The notes under the pieces: generated by a model
The model's database searches: none
Told to the model about the DNA's origin: nothing
What the model saw: only the letters and a program-made list of their open reading frames with translations
Translations under genes and position numbers: made by a program
Part shown: one piece after another, positions 1 through 12,994 of the stretch
How positions within the stretch are numbered: the first letter of the stretch is position 1
Layout: every line of letters starts with the position of its first letter
Assembly: GCA_051876075.1 (NCBI GenBank)
Contig: JBJEHM010000037.1
Location: forward strand, 5,566-63,739
Origin: Coriobacteriales bacterium
GTDB taxonomy: Bacteria > Actinomycetota > Coriobacteriia > Coriobacteriales > QAMH01
DNA: 58,174 nt
Direction of reading: 5' to 3'

Positions 1-1517
1 AGGGCGTCGCCCTTAACCACGGCGTTGCCGGCGGGCAGGCCGCCCCACTGCGCAGCCTCGGCACCGTTGCGGACCTCCGTGGCCTTGCCCAGCCCCAGGC
101 GGTCGTAGAGTTCGTCGCTGGTATTGGGCATGAAGGGGCACAGCAGCAGGGCGCTGATGCGGCAGGCCTCCAGGGCGTTGTAGAGCACGGCTGCCAGCTG
201 GGGCAGGGTCTCCTCGGCCTTGACGAGGTTCCAGGGAGCGCTTTCCTCCACATAGAGGTTGGCACGGTGGACAAGCTCCATGATCGCGGAGGTGGCGCCG
301 CCAAAGTCAACCCTGCGCAGGCACTCCGCGTACCTGGGGTACAGCTGGTCTGCGATCTCCTTCAGGGGGTTTTCCACCAGCTCGGCAGGGCAGGCGGGCA
401 CCAGGCCGTCAAAGTACTTGACCGTCATGTTGGACACGCGGCTGAACAGATTGCCGTAGCTGTTGGCCAGGTCTGCGTTGTAGACCTGGGTCATGCGGTC
501 CAGGCCGATGTTGCCGTCGGAGCCAAAGGTGACGTCGCTCATGAAGTAGTAGCGGTAGGCGTCCACACCGTAGGTCTCCATGAGCTGGCGCGGGTAGAGC
601 GCGTTGCCCTTGGACTTGGACATCTTGGAGCCGTCTGCCGCCATGAGGAAGCCATGGGCGAACACGTGCTTGGGCAGGGGCAGGCCAGCAGCCATGAGCA
701 TGGCGGGCCAAATCACGCAGTGGAAGCGAATGATGTCCTTGCCCACGAAGTGGAAGTCGGCCGGCCAGCGGCGCTCGAGCTCGGACTCGTCTTCAGAGCC
801 GTAGCCCAGGGCGGTGAGGTAGTTGATGAGGGCGTCAACCCACACGTAGGTCACGTGCTCGGGGTCGAAGGGCAGGGGCACGCCCCAGTCAAAGGTCGAG
901 CGGCTGATGGAGAGGTCGTGCATGCCGCCCTTCACAAAGCTCATGACCTCGTTGCGGCGGATCTCCGGGCGAATGAAGTCCGGGTTCTCCTCGTAGTAGG
1001 CGATGAGCTTGTCACCGAACGCGCTCAGCTTGAAGAACCAGTTCTCCTCCTTGATGGCCTGGACGGGGCGACCGCAGTCGGGGCAGCAGCCGTCGACGAG
1101 GTCCTCTTCCGCAAAGAAGGTCTCGCAGGGGGTGCAGTAGAGGCCCTCGTAGGAGTCCTTGTAGAGGTAGCCGTTGTCATAGAGGGTCTGCAGAAACTTC
1201 TGCACGCCGCGCATGTGGCGCTCTTCTGTGGTGCGAATGAAGTCGTCGTTGGTGATGTCGAGGTCGCGCCAGAGCTCCTGGAACTGGGGGAGCTGGCTGT
1301 CGCACCACTCCTGGGGGGTCATGTTGTGCTCGGCGGCAGACTGGGCGACCTTTTGGCCGTGCTCGTCCAAGCCGGTGAGGAAGTGGACGTCCTGGCCGTC
1401 GAGGCGGTTGAAGCGGGCGATGGTGTCCGCCGCGATGGTGGTGTAGGCGGTGCCGATGTGGGGCTCGCCGTTGACGTAGTAGATGGGGGTGGTGATGTAG
1501 AACGGTTGCTGGCTCAT
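1..1517 (-). CDS. metG: Methionine--tRNA ligase (3' end runs off the window)
   Basis: Manual translation from ATG at 1517: MSQQPFYITTPIYYVNGEPHIGTAY (HIGH-type motif), later KMSKSKGN. The frame stays open to the window edge (...VVKGDAL), so it is absent from the ORF track. Confidence 0.95.
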   Translation of the reverse strand, partial: MSQQPFYITTPIYYVNGEPHIGTAYTTIAADTIARFNRLDGQDVHFLTGLDEHGQKVAQSAAEHNMTPQEWCDSQLPQFQELWRDLDITNDDFIRTTEERHMRGVQKFLQTLYDNGYLYKDSYEGLYCTPCETFFAEEDLVDGCCPDCGRPVQAIKEENWFFKLSAFGDKLIAYYEENPDFIRPEIRRNEVMSFVKGGMHDLSISRSTFDWGVPLPFDPEHVTYVWVDALINYLTALGYGSEDESELERRWPADFHFVGKDIIRFHCVIWPAMLMAAGLPLPKHVFAHGFLMAADGSKMSKSKGNALYPRQLMETYGVDAYRYYFMSDVTFGSDGNIGLDRMTQVYNADLANSYGNLFSRVSNMTVKYFDGLVPACPAELVENPLKEIADQLYPRYAECLRRVDFGGATSAIMELVHRANLYVEESAPWNLVKAEETLPQLAAVLYNALEACRISALLLCPFMPNTSDELYDRLGLGKATEVRNGAEAAQWGGLPAGNAVVKGDA

Positions 1518-1603
1518 GATGCCCTCTCTTGTCGTATGCGAATGATGCACGTAACGGTTCAGTATACCCCCGCAGTCTGCCCGCTCCCCTCTTCAAGGCA
1601 TGC

Positions 1604-1631
1604 AAAAGGGGCCGCCCTCGCGAGCGGCCCC
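1604..1631 (-). terminator. Probable intrinsic terminator after rpoC
   Basis: Minus strand GGGGCCGC-loop-GCGGCCCC followed by TTTT, ~25 nt after the rpoC stop. Confidence 0.65.
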
Positions 1632-1656
1632 CTCAGCTTGCATGTTTGTGTGGCGC

Positions 1657-6036
<4,380 letters not shown>

Positions 6037-6039
6037 GTC

Positions 6040-9000
6040 TTACTCCTCCTCCTCATCGGTGTTGCTCAAGATGTCGTTCTCTTCTTCCTCGCCCAGGTCG
6101 GCAAGGTCTGCCGCCAGGCCGTCGACCAGCAGGTCGAGGGCGTCGACGGCGTCTTCGGAGACAGCCTCGTCGGCGATGCCGCCGATCAGGGTCTCCTCCT
6201 CTTCCTCCTCAACAGGCGCAGCGGCCTTGTTGGAGCCGGTGAGGCTCACGTCCAGGCACAGGGACTTCATCTCCTTGACCAGAACCTTGAAGGACTCGGG
6301 GATCTCTGCGGGCGGGATGTTCTCGCCCTTGACGATGGCCTCGTAGGTCTTGACGCGGCCGGCGGTGTCGTCGGACTTGACCGTGAGGATCTCCTGCAGG
6401 ACGTTGGACGCGCCGTAGGAGTACAGGGCCCAAACCTCCATCTCGCCAAAGCGCTGGCCGCCGAACTGGGCCTTGCCGCCCAGGGGCTGCTGGGTGATGA
6501 GGCTGTAGGGGCCGGTGGAGCGGGCGTGGATCTTGTCGTCGACCATGTGGGACAGCTTCAGGATGTAGGTCTGGCCCACGGTGATGGGCTCGCGGAACTT
6601 CTCGCCGGTGCGGCCATCGAAGAGCTCGGTCTTGCCGGTGGCGCTCAGCTGGGGCACGAAGGCCTCGTGGAGCTTGTCGCCCAGGTGCGCGCGGGCCTTG
6701 TTCATGCGGTTGGCGTTGGCCTTGAGGATGCACTCGGAGATCTCGTCCTCGTGGGCACCGTCGAAGATCGGGGTTGCCACGAAGAAGGGGCCCTCGACGG
6801 GCTCGGTGGTCTCCTCGTCAGACCAGCCGTTGAGCGCGGCCCAGCCCAGGTGGTTCTCCATCAGCTGGCCGACGTTCATACGGGAGGGAACGCCCAGGGG
6901 GTTGAGGATGACGTCGATGGGCGTGCCGTCTGCCATGTAGGGCATGTCCTCCACAGGCAGGATGCGGGAGATGACGCCCTTGTTGCCGTGGCGGCCAGAG
7001 AGCTTGTCGCCCTGCTGGATCTTGCGCTTCTGGGCAACGTAGACGCGCACCAGCTCGTTGACGCCGGGGGCGAGCTCGTCGCCTGCGGCGCGGGAGAACT
7101 GGTGGATGCCGATGACGCGGCCGCCGGAGCCGTGGGGCACCTTGAGGGAGGTGTCGCGGACCTCGCGGGCCTTCTCGCCGAAGATGGCCCTCAGCAGGCG
7201 CTCCTCGGCGGTGAGCTCGGTTTCTCCCTTGGGAGTGACCTTGCCCACCAGGACGTCGCCCGGCTTGACCTCGGCGCCAACGCGGATGATGCCGTCAACG
7301 TCGAGGTTGGCGAGCATGTCCTCGGAGATGTTGGGGATCTCTCGGGTGATCTCTTCGGGGCCGAGCTTGGTGTCGCGTGCGTCGAGCTCGTACTCGGCGA
7401 TGTGGATGGAGGTCAGCAGGTCCTCGGCCACGACGCGCTCGGAGACGATGATGGCGTCCTCGTAGTTGAAGCCCTCCCACGGCATGTAGGCAACCATGAG
7501 GTTCTGGCCCAGTGCCAGCTCTGCGTGGTCGGTGGAGGGGCCGTCTGCCAGGCAGTCGCCGGCAGAGACCTCGTCGCCGTAGCGGACCAGCGGCTTCATG
7601 TTGATGCAGCCGCCCTGGTTGGAGCGCTGGAACTTGGACAGATGGTAGGTGTCAACGGTGCCCTTGGAGTTGGTGACCTCGATGCGGTTGGCGTCGACGT
7701 AGGTGACGGTGCCGTTGTTGAGGGCCAGGGGCAGCTCGCCGGAGTCGATGGCGATGCGGTGCTCGATGCCGGTGCCCACCAAGGGTGCGGTGGGGCGCAG
7801 CAGGGGCACAGCCTGGCGCTGCATGTTGGAGCCCATGAGGGCGCGGTTTGCGTCGTCGTGCTCCAGGAAGGGGATCAGCGCGGTAGCCACGGAGTTCATC
7901 TGGCGCGGGGAGACGTCCATGTAGTTGACCTGGGAGGGGGCGACGTCTTCGGGGTCGCCGAAGATGCCGTCTGCGTTCTTGGTGCGGCACAGGACGGTCC
8001 TGGCAGGGACAAACTCGCCGTCGACGGTGGTGCCGAACTCGCGGGTGACCTCGTCGAAGGCCTCGTTTGCCTGGGCGATGGTGTAGTTCTCCTCCTCGTC
8101 TGCGGTGAGGTACTCGACCTCGTCCGTGACCTTGCCGTCGACGACCTTGCGGTAGGGGGTCTCGATGAAGCCGAAGGGGTTCACGCGGCCATAGGTTGCC
8201 AGCGAGCCGATGAGGCCGATGTTGGGGCCTTCAGGGGTCTCGATGGGGCACATGCGGCCGTAGTGGGAGGTGTGGACGTCGCGGACCTCGAAGCCTGCGC
8301 GCTCGCGGCTCAGGCCGCCGGGGCCCAGAGCGGAAAGACGGCGCTTGTGGGTGATGCCCGCAGCGGGGTTGGTCTGGTCCATGAACTGGGACAGCTGGGA
8401 GGAGCCGAAGAACTCCTTGATGCTGGCCACGATCGGGCGGATGTTGATGAGACCCTGCGGGGTGATGTCGTTGGGGTCGAAGGTGCTCATGCGCTCGCGG
8501 ACCACGCGCTCCATGCGGCTGATGCCGATGCGGAACTGGTTCTGGATCAACTCGCCCACGGTACGGATGCGGCGGTTGCCGAAATGGTCGATGTCGTCGG
8601 TCTGGTAGCCGTCTGCGCCGTCGTGGAGCTTCATGATGTACTTCATGGAGCTGACGATGTCGTCAACAGTGAGGGTGGACTCGTCCTCGGCGAGGTCGAG
8701 GCCCAGCTTCTTGTTGATCTTGTAGCGGCCGACCTTGGCGAGGTCGTAGCGCTGCGGGTTGAAGAACAGGCCCTCGAGCAGGTTGCGGGCAGACTCGACC
8801 GTGGGCGGCTCGCCCGGGCGGAGGCGCCTGTAGAGCTCGATCAGGGCCTCCTCGCGGTTGGTGGCGACGTCCTTGGCGAGGGTGTGCTGCAGCATCTCGG
8901 ACTCGCCGAGCAGCTCGACGATCTCCTGGTTGGTCTCTGCGATGCCGAGGGCGCGCAGCAGCAGGGTTGCGGGCTGCTTGCGCTTGCGGTCGATGCGCAG

Positions 9001-9534
9001 GGAGAGCACGTCGCGCTTGTCGGTCTCGAACTCGAGCCATGCGCCGCGTGCGGGGATGACCTTGGCGTTGTAGATCATCTTGTCGCTGGTCTTGTCGCGC
9101 TCGGCGGAGAAGTACACGCCGGGGGAGCGGACCAGCTGGGAGACGACGACGCGCTCGGTGCCGTTGATGATGAAGGTGCCGCGGCTGGTCATCAGGGGGA
9201 AGTCGCCCATGAAGACGTTCGACTCCTGCATCTCGCCGGTCTCTGTGTTGACGAGGCGGATGTCAACGAAGAGGGGGGCCTGGTAAGAGATGTCGCGCTT
9301 CTTGCACTCCTCGACGGAATGCTTGGGGTCGCCGAACTCGTGAGCGCCGAACTCCACCCTCAGGGTATGGGAGTTGTTCTCGATCGGGGACATGTCCTTG
9401 AAGGTCTCCGCCAGGCCCTCGTTCATGAAGCGCTTGAACGAGTCGGTCTGGATGGAAATCAGATTGGGGATGTCCATGACCTCGGGGATCTTCGCGAAGC
9501 TCAGGCGATCGCGATAGACGTTGGTCTTTGCCAC
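6040..9534 (-). CDS. rpoB: DNA-directed RNA polymerase subunit beta
   Basis: 1164 aa; rifampicin region [36 protein letters not shown] start after AGGAGG; acidic C-terminal tail. Confidence 0.99.
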   Translation of the reverse strand: MAKTNVYRDRLSFAKIPEVMDIPNLISIQTDSFKRFMNEGLAETFKDMSPIENNSHTLRVEFGAHEFGDPKHSVEECKKRDISYQAPLFVDIRLVNTETGEMQESNVFMGDFPLMTSRGTFIINGTERVVVSQLVRSPGVYFSAERDKTSDKMIYNAKVIPARGAWLEFETDKRDVLSLRIDRKRKQPATLLLRALGIAETNQEIVELLGESEMLQHTLAKDVATNREEALIELYRRLRPGEPPTVESARNLLEGLFFNPQRYDLAKVGRYKINKKLGLDLAEDESTLTVDDIVSSMKYIMKLHDGADGYQTDDIDHFGNRRIRTVGELIQNQFRIGISRMERVVRERMSTFDPNDITPQGLINIRPIVASIKEFFGSSQLSQFMDQTNPAAGITHKRRLSALGPGGLSRERAGFEVRDVHTSHYGRMCPIETPEGPNIGLIGSLATYGRVNPFGFIETPYRKVVDGKVTDEVEYLTADEEENYTIAQANEAFDEVTREFGTTVDGEFVPARTVLCRTKNADGIFGDPEDVAPSQVNYMDVSPRQMNSVATALIPFLEHDDANRALMGSNMQRQAVPLLRPTAPLVGTGIEHRIAIDSGELPLALNNGTVTYVDANRIEVTNSKGTVDTYHLSKFQRSNQGGCINMKPLVRYGDEVSAGDCLADGPSTDHAELALGQNLMVAYMPWEGFNYEDAIIVSERVVAEDLLTSIHIAEYELDARDTKLGPEEITREIPNISEDMLANLDVDGIIRVGAEVKPGDVLVGKVTPKGETELTAEERLLRAIFGEKAREVRDTSLKVPHGSGGRVIGIHQFSRAAGDELAPGVNELVRVYVAQKRKIQQGDKLSGRHGNKGVISRILPVEDMPYMADGTPIDVILNPLGVPSRMNVGQLMENHLGWAALNGWSDEETTEPVEGPFFVATPIFDGAHEDEISECILKANANRMNKARAHLGDKLHEAFVPQLSATGKTELFDGRTGEKFREPITVGQTYILKLSHMVDDKIHARSTGPYSLITQQPLGGKAQFGGQRFGEMEVWALYSYGASNVLQEILTVKSDDTAGRVKTYEAIVKGENIPPAEIPESFKVLVKEMKSLCLDVSLTGSNKAAAPVEEEEEETLIGGIADEAVSEDAVDALDLLVDGLAADLADLGEEEENDILSNTDEEEE

Positions 9535-9601
9535 CTACTGTCCTCCTTCATATGTGAGCAGATTGGTTCCTACGAATGCATATTGCACCAATAGGACCTA
9601 G

Positions 9602-9630
9602 ACCATATGTATTTGGTCTGGCTTCGTCAA
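9602..9630 (-). promoter_or_regulatory. Sigma70-type promoter for rpoBC
   Basis: Minus strand TTGACG-N17-TATGGT, ~70 nt upstream of the rpoB start. Confidence 0.6.
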
Positions 9631-9751
9631 GAAAAACTTTGCCCAGCGGGCATTTGGCTGGGCAACCATCGGCAAACGGCACAAAAAAATCGGAGATGCA
9701 CATACATCCCCGGTTGTCAAGCACAGAGATAAAGAAGTTGAGCGCAAGGGT

Positions 9752-10855
9752 TTACGCATGTTGGGAGGCTGCGGGCTGCCGGCCCAAGTCGTAGCTCCCA
9801 AAACGCGAATGAGCGATGCTTACCGCACCGCAGCGCTTGCGGGGGTCGCCCAACACGGCAATGCCCGGAACCTCCGCCAACAGCCTTGCAGCCAAGTCAG
9901 TGAGCTCATGCTCGCGCTGTTCCAGCTCGCTGCGCCCCAAGCTCTCCAAGAACTCGGCCGCGCAGCCCAGCGCTACAGCGCCGGCTATGTTCGGGGTCCC
10001 CGCCTCTAGGCAATCGGGCAGTGTGGAGTAACGCGGAATAGTGCCCTCAAGCTCATCGATCATTCCCCCACCGTACGCTGGGGGTTCCAGCAGCTCAAGC
10101 GCTTCTGCCGTCCCGTAAAGCACCCCGACACCAGAGGGCGCACACATCTTGTGGCCAGAGAGCACCGCGTAATCGCAGCCGAGCATGCCTACGTCCAAGT
10201 GCAGCGCTCGGGCAGCTTGTGCGGCGTCCACCAGTACCAGTGCTCCCGAACGGTGCGCAGCACGAACCAGCGGCTCGAGCTGGGTCACCGCGCCGGTTAC
10301 GTTTGAACAGGCTGTGAGAGCGCAGACGCGTGCCCGTCCGTCCGCGAGCAGCTCCTCAAAGTGTTCGGAGCAGATGTCGCCGCGATCATCCAGTGGTGCC
10401 ACCCTCAGTTCCGCCCCAGTGCGCTTGCACAGCTCCAGCCAAGGCAGATAGTTGCTGTGGTGTTCCAATGCGCTCACCAATACTGCGGACTTGGAGTCCA
10501 GGTGAGCCTCAAGGCCCCGTGCCACCATGTTAATACCCTGCGTGGTACCAGAAGTGAAGACCACAAAGCCGTGCTGTGGAGCGTTCAGGAAGCGTGCCAT
10601 GGTTGCTCGAGCGCCCTCGTATGCCGCAGTCGCCTCCTCGCCCAGCGCATGCGCCCCGCGATGGATGTTGGCGTTCTGCCAGCAGAGATGCTGTGCCAGC
10701 GCATCCACCACACAATGCGGCACCTGCGCCGTTGCCGCATTGTCCAAATACACCAGCGGCCTCCCGTTGACTTGGCGTTCCAAGATGGGGAACTGCGCTC
10801 TCACCTCGCGCACGCGCTCCTCGCTCCATATGTTGCTCTTGCTGGCTCCGCCCAT
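9752..10855 (-). CDS. sufS: SufS-family cysteine desulfurase (class V PLP aminotransferase), C-terminally truncated; possible pseudogene
   Basis: LVYLDNAATAQ, ANIHRGAH, EHHSN, VDAAQA, PLP-lysine motif SGHK, EAGTPNIAG. Ends at 367 aa before the RxGHHCA catalytic-cysteine motif. Confidence 0.85.
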   Translation of the reverse strand: MGGASKSNIWSEERVREVRAQFPILERQVNGRPLVYLDNAATAQVPHCVVDALAQHLCWQNANIHRGAHALGEEATAAYEGARATMARFLNAPQHGFVVFTSGTTQGINMVARGLEAHLDSKSAVLVSALEHHSNYLPWLELCKRTGAELRVAPLDDRGDICSEHFEELLADGRARVCALTACSNVTGAVTQLEPLVRAAHRSGALVLVDAAQAARALHLDVGMLGCDYAVLSGHKMCAPSGVGVLYGTAEALELLEPPAYGGGMIDELEGTIPRYSTLPDCLEAGTPNIAGAVALGCAAEFLESLGRSELEQREHELTDLAARLLAEVPGIAVLGDPRKRCGAVSIAHSRFGSYDLGRQPAASQHA

Positions 10856-10858
10856 TTC

Positions 10859-11287
10859 CTACTCCTCCTGCAGCGCCTTCCAGACCAACGCGGCCAGCTG
10901 TGCCACATCGGTACAAAGAGCCGCCCTGAATCCATCGAACTCCACGCGGAACTCCTTCTTGAGCGCCATGAGCATGAGCGCCTGCTTGACGGTGGCGCTG
11001 TCCGCCCCGTCGCAGTTGGCCGGCTTGTCTTCAACCGCTACCAGCTCGGGGGCGATGCGCAGCAACTTGGCCAAGCTCAGCTGCGCCAGCTCCTCTATCC
11101 TCCCCTGTGCCGACGCAGCTTCTTCTGGGGCCAGACGGAATTTGGCCAGTACAAAGCGCTCTACCAGCTCCTCCATCCGCTCCAGCGTGATTGTCCCTTC
11201 TGTTCGATCACGCGCGAACTCCTCGCAAACGGCAGAGGCCGCGCGCTTTGCAGCGAGCAGCCTCTTCATGGTCTCCTTGCTGGTCAC
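10859..11287 (-). CDS. Hypothetical 142-aa helical protein; C-terminal half resembles an acyl-carrier-protein fold and carries a Cys (CDGADS)
   Basis: ORF packed between the isomerase-like gene (8 nt gap) and sufS (3 nt gap); motif DS...LMALKKEFRVEF...DVAQLAALV. Confidence 0.75.
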   Translation of the reverse strand: MTSKETMKRLLAAKRAASAVCEEFARDRTEGTITLERMEELVERFVLAKFRLAPEEAASAQGRIEELAQLSLAKLLRIAPELVAVEDKPANCDGADSATVKQALMLMALKKEFRVEFDGFRAALCTDVAQLAALVWKALQEE

Positions 11288-11295
11288 AACGGAGC

Positions 11296-12828
11296 CTAGG
11301 CGATGACGGGCTCGAGCCCCAGACGCTGCGCCACCAGCTTGAAGTCCTCGACGTAGTCACCGTAGACAACGGGCAGGTGCAGGCCAAAGGTCACGTGCTT
11401 GGCAAAGAAGTCGTGGATGTCGTTCACGCGGAAGAGGAAGCCGCCGTTGCAGTTGTCGCTGTCAAAGCCAAAGCCGGCGACGATCTCCCCCTTGCCGATG
11501 AACATCTGCGTGCAGTCGGAGCTGATGCGGATCATGGTCACAACCTGACCCCTGTCCTTGTCGAAGTCATGACGCTGGATCGCGCCAAAGCCGGCGTCCA
11601 GGGCGAAGTGGCGCAGCGTGTACTCGTCGAGATCGTCGAAGCTGTGCAGCGCGCGGCAGGGCGTGGAGTGCGTGGTGAAGTAGAGGTTGTCGCGCTGGTC
11701 TTCCGGCAGGTCGACGGCGTACTTGCCGTCCGAGAAGTTCACGGTTCCGTCGAAGGCCTTGGGAGCAGGCAGGGTGTTGCCCATGTAGGCTGCCTTGCCC
11801 GCCACCGCCATCTCGATGAGCATGCACAGCACGGCTGTGACGTCGTACTCGCACGCGCTGCCGATGCCCTGCTCGAGGTTGAGGCTGTGGGTGAGGCAGA
11901 AGGTGAACTGCTGCTCGTTCAGGCGGCGTGTGGAGCAGGCATCCGGGCACGGCGCTGCAAAGCCGGAGCAGTCGTAGTAGTCCATCAGCTTGTTGACCAC
12001 CTTGTAGGCTGTCAGGCTGTTCACTACGAACTTCTTGGCAACCTGGCACTCCGCTGCACCGCCCATCAGCTCGTCGGCAAGTTCCTCGCACCAGGCGAGC
12101 TCCTCGGGCGTGATGTTTTGCGTGATGCGGCCCGGCGTCGTGTGGTTTCCGCCCTCTGGCAGGGGCTGCATGTAGTCCATGAGCTCGTGGATGTTCACGT
12201 AGCGGAAGTTCGTGCCGAGCTTGTCGCGCACGGCGTTGAGGCTGTCGAAGGTGTCCGTGCCGCCGGCGATTGCCTTGTCGCCGCCAAAGCGCGGGGCGAG
12301 CAGGATGTTGGCGTTGCGCACGACCTTTTCCGCGCGCAGGGCGAGCAGCTTGCGCTTGAGCTCGGGCCAGTCCAGCGCGAAGATGATGTCTGCTCCGCGG
12401 CGCACGCTGGAGGCAAAGCACAGCTGCCCGAACATCTTGAAGGGGTTGGCGCCCATGGGCTTGTTTGTGCGCAGGGCGAACTCCTCGATTGCAGTGTTGG
12501 CGCCGAATGCCGTGCTCAGCAGATAGAAGTCGACGCGTGCGTCGTCTGCCAGTGCCTGCTCGAACCATTCCTCCTTGAGGTCCCAGTCGTCGGTCATGGT
12601 GATGAAGGCGGGCTCGAGCACCTCAAAGCGCTCGTCGCTGCGCAGGTTGAACTCGATCGCCTTATCGAAGCCCTGGTAGATCTTGCCGTTAACGATGGCG
12701 TCGAAGCCCTTCTCGAGCGCGTCCCCGCTGGCCATGCGGCAGGGGCCTTCATAGTAGTACTGGTGCTCCATCCCAAAGAACACCGGCTTGACCACCAGCT
12801 TGAAGTCGCGAACGCTCTTGACTGTCAT
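11296..12828 (-). CDS. L-fucose/L-arabinose isomerase-fold protein, Cys-rich variant, function unknown
   Basis: 510 aa from ATG 12828 (purine-rich RBS). SACEYDV, YMGN, FTTHS, GQVVTMIRIS, NCNGG and GLHLPVVYGDY match the FucI/AraA C-terminal domain pattern. Confidence 0.75.
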   Translation of the reverse strand: MTVKSVRDFKLVVKPVFFGMEHQYYYEGPCRMASGDALEKGFDAIVNGKIYQGFDKAIEFNLRSDERFEVLEPAFITMTDDWDLKEEWFEQALADDARVDFYLLSTAFGANTAIEEFALRTNKPMGANPFKMFGQLCFASSVRRGADIIFALDWPELKRKLLALRAEKVVRNANILLAPRFGGDKAIAGGTDTFDSLNAVRDKLGTNFRYVNIHELMDYMQPLPEGGNHTTPGRITQNITPEELAWCEELADELMGGAAECQVAKKFVVNSLTAYKVVNKLMDYYDCSGFAAPCPDACSTRRLNEQQFTFCLTHSLNLEQGIGSACEYDVTAVLCMLIEMAVAGKAAYMGNTLPAPKAFDGTVNFSDGKYAVDLPEDQRDNLYFTTHSTPCRALHSFDDLDEYTLRHFALDAGFGAIQRHDFDKDRGQVVTMIRISSDCTQMFIGKGEIVAGFGFDSDNCNGGFLFRVNDIHDFFAKHVTFGLHLPVVYGDYVEDFKLVAQRLGLEPVIA

Positions 12829-12890
12829 GTTCTTCCCCTCTTTCCTAGGCTGGGCCCTGCATGCAGCCATCTGCAGCAAGCTTTTTATTC

Positions 12891-12967
12891 ATTCTAAGAA
12901 GGGTTAGAGCAGGGGAATTCGTCATTTAGCCTAGGTATTGCGGGAGAACTCAGTGCAAGATGACGAA
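12891..12967 (-). promoter_or_regulatory. Promoter and inverted-repeat operator upstream of the isomerase-like operon
   Basis: -10 TAGAAT (12891-12896); inverted repeat TTCGTCATTTAGC (12918-12930) / GCAAGATGACGAA (12955-12967), 11 of 13 matching. Confidence 0.55.
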
Positions 12968-12994
12968 ATTGCATAGCTGTGGGAACAGGGTTCT

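Noticed and set aside
9598..9801. Alternative-frame ORF containing TTGDVCASP, superficially like the missing SufS RxGHHCAQP motif (frameshift rescue)
   Set aside because: Spacing from the SufS breakpoint is too long, flanking residues do not resemble the SufS C-terminus, and the DNA is the rpoB promoter region; probably coincidence.
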